Shown in pieces: positions 26,696 to 32,000 of a DNA stretch of 32,000 bases (position 1 is its first letter; every line of letters begins with the position of its first letter). Under the pieces are notes generated by a model, which worked only from the letters and a program-made list of their open reading frames with translations, was not told the DNA's origin and searched no databases. Source of the DNA: Dickeya solani IPO 2222 (GTDB lineage Bacteria; Pseudomonadota; Gammaproteobacteria; Enterobacterales; Enterobacteriaceae); NCBI RefSeq assembly GCF_001644705.1, contig NZ_CP015137.1, positions 1,350,001 to 1,382,000 of the forward strand, read 5' to 3'. The position numbers and the translations under genes are program-made.

Positions 26696-26730
26696 AAAAA
26701 GAGAGGCGCATCAGGCGCCTCTCTTTTTTG
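26696..26730. terminator. Bidirectional intrinsic terminator between convergent satP and the MHS transporter gene
   Basis: AAAAAGAGAGGCGC-ATCAG-GCGCCTCTCTTTTTT. A perfect 10-bp stem carries A5 and T6 flanks. Confidence 0.8.
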
Positions 26731-26764
26731 TGGGTCCGTTGTTAGTCCGGATATCCGCGGTCGT

Positions 26765-28084
26765 CTACACCCCGGCCGGTGAACCGACCTGCTCCGCCTG
26801 CGCTTCCACTTCGCGGTGAGTATGGCTTTGCAGATAAATTCCCAGCACCAGCCCCAACGCGCACAACGCCAGCACGTAGAAAGCCGGCGCCATCGGCGTC
26901 CACTTCATCATCAGGGTGACGAAAATCGGCGTCATGCCGCCAAAAATGGCGTATGCCACGTTGTACGAGAAGGAAATGCCGGAGAAACGCACCGCCGCCG
27001 GGAACGCCCGCACCATCACGTAGGGCACCGCGCCCACCACCCCGACGCTCAATCCTGCCAGCGCATAGCTGATAAACAGCAGGCTGTGGCTCTGCGCGGC
27101 ATGGGAGTAAAACAACCAACTGCAGGTCGCAAACAACAGGCTGCCGATGATGAAGGTACGGCCGACGCCAATCCGGTCCGCCGCCAGCCCGGCGACAATA
27201 CAGCCGACCATCAACGCGACGGTAGCCAGACTGTTAGCCTGTAATGTCAACGCCGCCGGGATGCCATGCAATTTTTGCAGATACACCGGTGCCATCAGAA
27301 TCACCACCACAATCCCGGCAGACAGCATCCAGGTCAGCAACATGCTGACCAGTATCGCTTTCTTATGGCGCAACACGATGGTCTTAAGCGGCAGTTCGTC
27401 CGCCAGCGCCTTGTGCGCCTGCATCTCGCGGAAAATCGGCGTTTCCTGCAACCAGCGCCGCAAATACAGCGCGATAAGCCCGAAGATACCGCCAATAAAG
27501 AACGGGATACGCCAACCACCAGCGACGATCTGCGCTGGCGGCAGCAAGGTATTCAGCAACGTGGCAATCATCGAACCGAACAAAATCCCCAGCGTCAGCC
27601 CGGCGGTCAGCGTACCGCAGGCGATGCCGATGCGAGAGCGGGGAACGTGTTCTGCCACAAACACCCATGCGCCCGGCACTTCACCGCCAATCGCCGCGCC
27701 CTGCAGCACCCGCATCAACAGCAGCAGCAACGGAGCCGCGATGCCGATGGAGGCATAAGTCGGCAGCATCCCCATGCCCAGCGTGGGCAACGCCATCAGC
27801 AGAATGCTCAAACTGAACATTTTCTTGCGACCGACCCGATCGCCAAAATGTGCCATCACGATGCCGCCCAACGGACGAGCCAGATAACCGGCGGCAAAGA
27901 TGCCAAAGGTTTGCATCTGTCGCAGCCACTCTGGAATATCCGACGGGAAAAACAGATCGCCGATAACGGCGGCAAAGAAGACGAAAATAATGAAGTCGTA
28001 AAACTCCAGCGCGCCGCCCAGCGCCGCCAATGAAAGGGTTTGATAATCGTGTCGATTCAATCGACGGTGTTGTTCGCCAGCCAT
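26765..28084 (-). CDS. MFS transporter, metabolite:H+ symporter (MHS) family; substrate unknown
   Basis: 439 aa with about 12 hydrophobic segments. The N-terminal GGALEFYDFIIFVFF and the GDRVGRKK loop are typical of the ProP/KgtP/ShiA-type MHS subfamily. It is not the E. coli YaaU sequence as far as I can recall it. Confidence 0.85.
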   Translation of the reverse strand: MAGEQHRRLNRHDYQTLSLAALGGALEFYDFIIFVFFAAVIGDLFFPSDIPEWLRQMQTFGIFAAGYLARPLGGIVMAHFGDRVGRKKMFSLSILLMALPTLGMGMLPTYASIGIAAPLLLLLMRVLQGAAIGGEVPGAWVFVAEHVPRSRIGIACGTLTAGLTLGILFGSMIATLLNTLLPPAQIVAGGWRIPFFIGGIFGLIALYLRRWLQETPIFREMQAHKALADELPLKTIVLRHKKAILVSMLLTWMLSAGIVVVILMAPVYLQKLHGIPAALTLQANSLATVALMVGCIVAGLAADRIGVGRTFIIGSLLFATCSWLFYSHAAQSHSLLFISYALAGLSVGVVGAVPYVMVRAFPAAVRFSGISFSYNVAYAIFGGMTPIFVTLMMKWTPMAPAFYVLALCALGLVLGIYLQSHTHREVEAQAEQVGSPAGV

Positions 28085-28212
28085 AAATCACCGCACAATG
28101 CCAGTACAATAAGAAAATAATTTCAAATCGCTGTGTAAATGAAACCTTACTATAGCGGCAGTTTTTTGACACACCAACACCGAGCGATGGTTATCAACAA
28201 AATGCGTTAACT

Positions 28213-28800
28213 TCAGCTTTTTATATCGCGTATCGCACTCTTGGGCCGAAAAGCTGCTACTACGTCCGGATTGGTTTCGATATAAGGTCCTTCCAGCAGT
28301 TGGATGCAGTAGGGAACACTGGCGAAAATCCCCGGCACCACGACCTGACCGGACGCATCTTTCAGGCCGGACAGGGTCTCGCGGATAGATTTCGGCTGCC
28401 CCGGCAGGTTGAGGATCAGCGCCTGCTTACGGAGCACGCCAACCTGACGCGACAGAATGGCGGTAGGAACAAAACGCAGGCTGATTTGGCGCATCTGTTC
28501 GCCGAACCCCGGCATTTCCCGGTCGGCTACCGCCAGCGTGGCGTCCGGCGTCACATCCCGTCGCGCCGGGCCGGTGCCGCCGGTAGTCAGCACCAGGTGG
28601 CAACCGCATTCATCCACCAGTTCACACAGCGTCTGCTCAATCAACGGCTGCTCATCCGGCACCAGACGAGTTTGCACATCGAAGGGGGTGGTCAGTGCTT
28701 CCGCCAGCCATGTTTGCAGAGCCGGAATGCCTTCATCCTGATAGACACCGCTGGATGCACGATCAGAAATGGATACCAAACCAACACATAGACTGTTCAT
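28213..28800 (-). CDS. mog: Molybdopterin adenylyltransferase
   Basis: 195 aa from ATG 28800, the same length as E. coli Mog. MNSLCVGLVSISDRASSGVYQD.GIPAL and LVLTTGGTGPARRDVTPDATL are present. AGAGG lies 5 nt upstream. The track ORF starts 2 codons earlier at a GTG. Confidence 0.95.
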   Translation of the reverse strand: MNSLCVGLVSISDRASSGVYQDEGIPALQTWLAEALTTPFDVQTRLVPDEQPLIEQTLCELVDECGCHLVLTTGGTGPARRDVTPDATLAVADREMPGFGEQMRQISLRFVPTAILSRQVGVLRKQALILNLPGQPKSIRETLSGLKDASGQVVVPGIFASVPYCIQLLEGPYIETNPDVVAAFRPKSAIRDIKS

Positions 28801-29108
28801 AAGCACCTCTTGTTTATCAAAAAATTTATTCTATCAGTCTGATTAATTATCCGACGCGTTAAATCCATTCAAAAATTTGCTCGCTAATGCGACAATGCTC
28901 GAAATCTGCGCGGTCCCACAATAAAACGCGTTATGACCGTGCACAAAATCTAACGATTCAACGAGTTAATCCTCGTTCATCGGTTAATGTTTCTGACGAT
29001 AACAATAATTAAGAGTCTACCTCAGCCTGCGTGATTCTCGCAGCCGGATTGAACAAGGAAAGTGAACGGAAACCACAACGTTAATCACGTCTGTGCGAAT
29101 TCCGGGCA

Positions 29109-29138
29109 CCATCCGCGTTAACCCCATCCGCGTTAACC
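29109..29138. repeat. Perfect 15-bp tandem duplication CCATCCGCGTTAACC x2
   Basis: 29109-29123 is identical to 29124-29138. It lies 90 nt upstream of the GGDEF gene start. Confidence 0.95.
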
Positions 29139-29227
29139 CGGTAAGCGAATTACCCAGCGGGGCTGGACTCTGTGAGTAAGACCATTGCCGGACAACGGCG
29201 CATTACTGGGAAATGCAGGAAAAGTGA

Positions 29228-30370
29228 ATGAATTTCATTAAAAATCACCTTGTCAGGCTATTTGCCAATCCGGTTTCCGCTTTTGTTTTGTTTGGTCTGT
29301 TTTCGGTGACGCTGACCAGCCTGTTGCTGCTGAACTCCCGCCAAAAAGACTGGCAAGAGGAAAAACGCAATTTCGACAGCATCATCCGCTTGTACGAATC
29401 CTATAATACCGGCGGCGAAATCGCCGAAAGCGATCGTTTCTACAAAGTCGGCAATTCGATGTTTTCCCGGGTGCGCATTATGGCGTTCAACACCCGCGAC
29501 GTCGGCCATGAATGCATCAATCGCCTGTCGGAGCTGGATCTTTCCCTTAACGATATGGCGATTATCCGGGTATGCCAGAATCTGCTGCCGTCCGCCGGCA
29601 ATCTGCCGGAAAAGAATCAACTCACCACCGTCATGCCGATTCTCTCGCCCACCGACAAGCTGATTGGCTTACGCGTACGCGTCACCACGCTGGGGTCATC
29701 GCCCGGCTTTGGCAATATTGCCACCTCCTCGGCGGAAATCATCACGCTGGCCTGCATCAGCCTGATGATTGCCGTGATGGGCAGCCTGCTGTCGCTGGTC
29801 GCGAAAAAGTATCTGATTGAGCTACCCACCACGGCGCGTTACGACGACCTGACCGGCTTTTTGCGTCGGGATGCGTTTTACCAGTCAGCCAACCGTGCGT
29901 TGAAAGCGGCGCATCATGAGGACAAGCCGCTGTGCGCCATGCTGATTGATATCGACCACTTCAAGCAGGTGAACGACACGCTGGGGCACGCGGCAGGCGA
30001 CGAAGCGCTGAAAGCGGTGGCAAACGTTATTCGGCATTCGTTTCGTCGTCATGACATCCTCTGCCGTCTGGGCGGCGACGAGTTTGCCGTCGTCTTGCCC
30101 AACATCTCGCAGGAAAACGCCGTGCGCGTGGCGGAACGCGTCAGAGAGGGAATTCATGAGCTCGGCCACGCCTCGCCATCGATGTCACCGGGCATTACCG
30201 TCAGCATCGGGCTGGTGGCCGTCACGTCGCCGGACGAAGGGCTGGGTGAAATCATCCGCCGCGCCGACGTTAACCTGTATCTGGCGAAAAGAACCCGCAA
30301 CTGCACCATCACCACCCCGCTGGTGCAACCTATGGAAGCCACAGAAACAACAACGGCCAGCGCCAGCTGA
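29228..30370 (+). CDS. Membrane-anchored diguanylate cyclase (GGDEF domain) with an uncharacterised periplasmic sensor region
   Basis: 380 aa with two hydrophobic helices (about aa 15-35 and 169-192) flanking a region of about 130 aa. A GGDEF domain (about aa 203-358) follows directly. The GGDEF motif is intact (aa 282-286, nt 30071-30085) and an RxxD I-site (RRHD, aa 273-276) lies five residues upstream. DDLTGFLRRDAF and DIDHFKQVNDTLGHAAGD are typical family blocks. An AGGA-type SD lies upstream of ATG 29228. Confidence 0.88.
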   Translation: MNFIKNHLVRLFANPVSAFVLFGLFSVTLTSLLLLNSRQKDWQEEKRNFDSIIRLYESYNTGGEIAESDRFYKVGNSMFSRVRIMAFNTRDVGHECINRLSELDLSLNDMAIIRVCQNLLPSAGNLPEKNQLTTVMPILSPTDKLIGLRVRVTTLGSSPGFGNIATSSAEIITLACISLMIAVMGSLLSLVAKKYLIELPTTARYDDLTGFLRRDAFYQSANRALKAAHHEDKPLCAMLIDIDHFKQVNDTLGHAAGDEALKAVANVIRHSFRRHDILCRLGGDEFAVVLPNISQENAVRVAERVREGIHELGHASPSMSPGITVSIGLVAVTSPDEGLGEIIRRADVNLYLAKRTRNCTITTPLVQPMEATETTTASAS

Positions 30371-30400
30371 CCGTTTTCTGCACCGAAACTGCGGTAAATC

Positions 30401-31354
30401 TTACAGCAGAGCGGCGATCATTTTTTCCAGTTTTTCCTGGTCTACCGCAAACTTGCGGATACCGTCGGCCAGTTTGTCCACCGCCATCGGATCCTGATTG
30501 TGCTGCCAGTAGAATTCAGACTCGGTCAGTCTGGCCGGACGCGCTTTCACCTCGCCGCTGTATGACAGTTTACGTGCCACGTCGCCCTGGCTTTCTGCCA
30601 GTTCTTTGAGCAGCGGCGGCGCAATGGTCAGGCGATCGCAACCCGCCAGTTCCAGAATCTCGCCGACATTACGGAAACTGGCACCCATCACCACCGTTTC
30701 ATAACCGTGCTGTTTGTAATATTTGTAGATATCGGTCACGGAGACGACGCCCGGATCTTCATGCGGCGCGAACTCTTTCTTGTCGCTGTTGGATTTGTAC
30801 CAGTCCAAAATACGACCCACGAACGGGGAAATCAGGAATACGCCCGCTTCGGCACAGGCACGCGCTTGAGCAAACGAGAACAACAGGGTCAGGTTACAGT
30901 TGATGCCTTCTTTTTCCAGCTGCTCGGCGGCACAGATACCCTGCCAGGTGGACGCCAATTTGATCAGAATACGGTCGTTGCTGATGCCGGCATCGTTGTA
31001 CAGTTTGATCAGGTGTTTCGCTTTGGCGACGCTGGCTTTGGTGTCATAGGAAAGACGGGCGTCCACTTCGGTGGAGATGCGCCCCGGGATCAACTTGAGA
31101 ATTTCCAGACCGATATTGACCGCCAGTTTGTCCGTCGCATCGACAACCTGCTGCTCGCGCTTGTCGCTCTGCGCACGGGCCCAGGCCACAGCGTCATCAA
31201 TCAGCGCACGGTATTCCGGGATTTGCGCGGCATTCAGAATCAGGGAAGGGTTGGTGGTGGCGTCCTGCGGCTGGTAAAGCTTCATTGCCGCGATATCGCC
31301 GGTATCCGCCACCACAGTGGTGAATTGGCGTAGGGAAGTCAGTTTATCCGTCAT
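30401..31354 (-). CDS. talB: Transaldolase B
   Basis: 317 aa from ATG 31354 ([21 protein letters not shown]), the same length as E. coli TalB. The active-site-region sequence [12 protein letters not shown] is present. The track ORF start at 31462 adds 36 unsupported residues. Confidence 0.97.
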   Translation of the reverse strand: MTDKLTSLRQFTTVVADTGDIAAMKLYQPQDATTNPSLILNAAQIPEYRALIDDAVAWARAQSDKREQQVVDATDKLAVNIGLEILKLIPGRISTEVDARLSYDTKASVAKAKHLIKLYNDAGISNDRILIKLASTWQGICAAEQLEKEGINCNLTLLFSFAQARACAEAGVFLISPFVGRILDWYKSNSDKKEFAPHEDPGVVSVTDIYKYYKQHGYETVVMGASFRNVGEILELAGCDRLTIAPPLLKELAESQGDVARKLSYSGEVKARPARLTESEFYWQHNQDPMAVDKLADGIRKFAVDQEKLEKMIAALL

Positions 31355-31657
31355 GTTGGCCTTTCTCATTGTTTGTGCATGAACTGGTGGCAGGAACTGT
31401 CGCCAGAGCCTGATAATAACACGCACCCGAGCCCACGCAAGCGGACCAGCAAAAAACCGCACAGAGGATAAACCTCAAATTTTCGATTAAAAATCAATAA
31501 AATAAACACCATTCATTTTTCTTTTCCCTCTGTTTTTGATGAAAAATCACACGATAACCTAAACAACGCTGATTTATCGCGCCTGTCACAGCCATCGCCC
31601 CTTTTTTACTGGCTTTTGCTACAGTAAGGCCATTCAAGACACCAACGGGATACGTTT

Positions 31658-32000
31658 ATGCTGCTCACCCTTTCACCTGCCAAAACGCTGGATTACACCA
31701 GCCCGCTGCCCACACAACGCTATACGCAACCCACCCTGCTGGCGTATTCCCAGCAGCTGATACGGCACTGCAAACAGCTGACCCCAGCGAATATCGCCTC
31801 GCTGATGGGCATCAGCGACAAGCTGGCGGACCTGAATGCGGCCCGTTTTCAGGAATGGCGCCCGGAATTTTCGCCGGATAACGCGCGTCAGGCGTTGCTG
31901 GCGTTCAAAGGCGATGTCTACACCGGGCTGGCGGCGGAGGATTTTAACGAGGCGGATTTCGATTTCGCCCAGCAGCATCTGCGTATTCTATCCGGCCTTT
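31658..32000 (+). CDS. yaaA: Peroxide stress resistance protein YaaA (UPF0246), N-terminal part; continues past the window end
   Basis: ATG 31658 opens a frame reading [23 protein letters not shown]...[12 protein letters not shown]...[15 protein letters not shown]. It is collinear with the E. coli YaaA N-terminus ([17 protein letters not shown]). It is absent from the ORF track because it has no stop within the window. Confidence 0.9.
   Translation, partial: MLLTLSPAKTLDYTSPLPTQRYTQPTLLAYSQQLIRHCKQLTPANIASLMGISDKLADLNAARFQEWRPEFSPDNARQALLAFKGDVYTGLAAEDFNEADFDFAQQHLRILSGL

Overview
This window is conserved chromosomal core from a fairly GC-rich Enterobacterales genome. A Dickeya/Pectobacteriaceae-like origin is only a guess from composition and protein divergence. 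Gene order and protein sequences match the E. coli K-12 0-1.3 min region read in reverse: surA-pdxA-rsmA-apaG-apaH (+), folA (-), carB-carA (-), dapB (-), rihC-ispH-fkpB-lspA-ileS-ribF (-), rpsT (+), nhaR-nhaA (-), dnaJ-dnaK (-), satP (+), mog (-), talB (-), yaaA (+).

I call 29 CDS, 27 complete and 2 cut by the window edges. All have near-E. coli lengths and none shows a frameshift or truncation. I see no tRNA, rRNA, IS element, integrase, phage gene, CRISPR array or recognisable defence or toxin-antitoxin gene.

Several regulatory signals are readable directly:
- tandem ARG boxes, a TTG start and a P1-like promoter at carA
- a TTG start and a sigma70 promoter at rpsT
- two sigma32 heat-shock promoters upstream of dnaK
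- six intrinsic terminators

Differences from the E. coli map are confined to inter-block slots:
- Three exporter genes (yjjB, yjjP and a LysE/RhtB-family gene) sit between folA and carB, where K-12 has kefFC/yaaU/fix/cai.
- An MHS-family MFS transporter sits between satP and mog.
- A membrane-anchored GGDEF diguanylate cyclase with a 420-bp motif-rich leader sits between mog and talB.
- There is no IS/hokC between dnaJ and nhaA, and no yaaJ between talB and yaaA.

I find no support for a novel multi-gene system here. The most second-look-worthy items are the orphan GGDEF sensor and its repeat-bearing upstream region, a structured 87-nt carA-carB spacer, and a tandem repeat abutting the nhaA ribosome-binding site. 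All are modest. The very long antisense ORFs in the track (up to 1108 aa) are explained by codon usage and rejected as genes.
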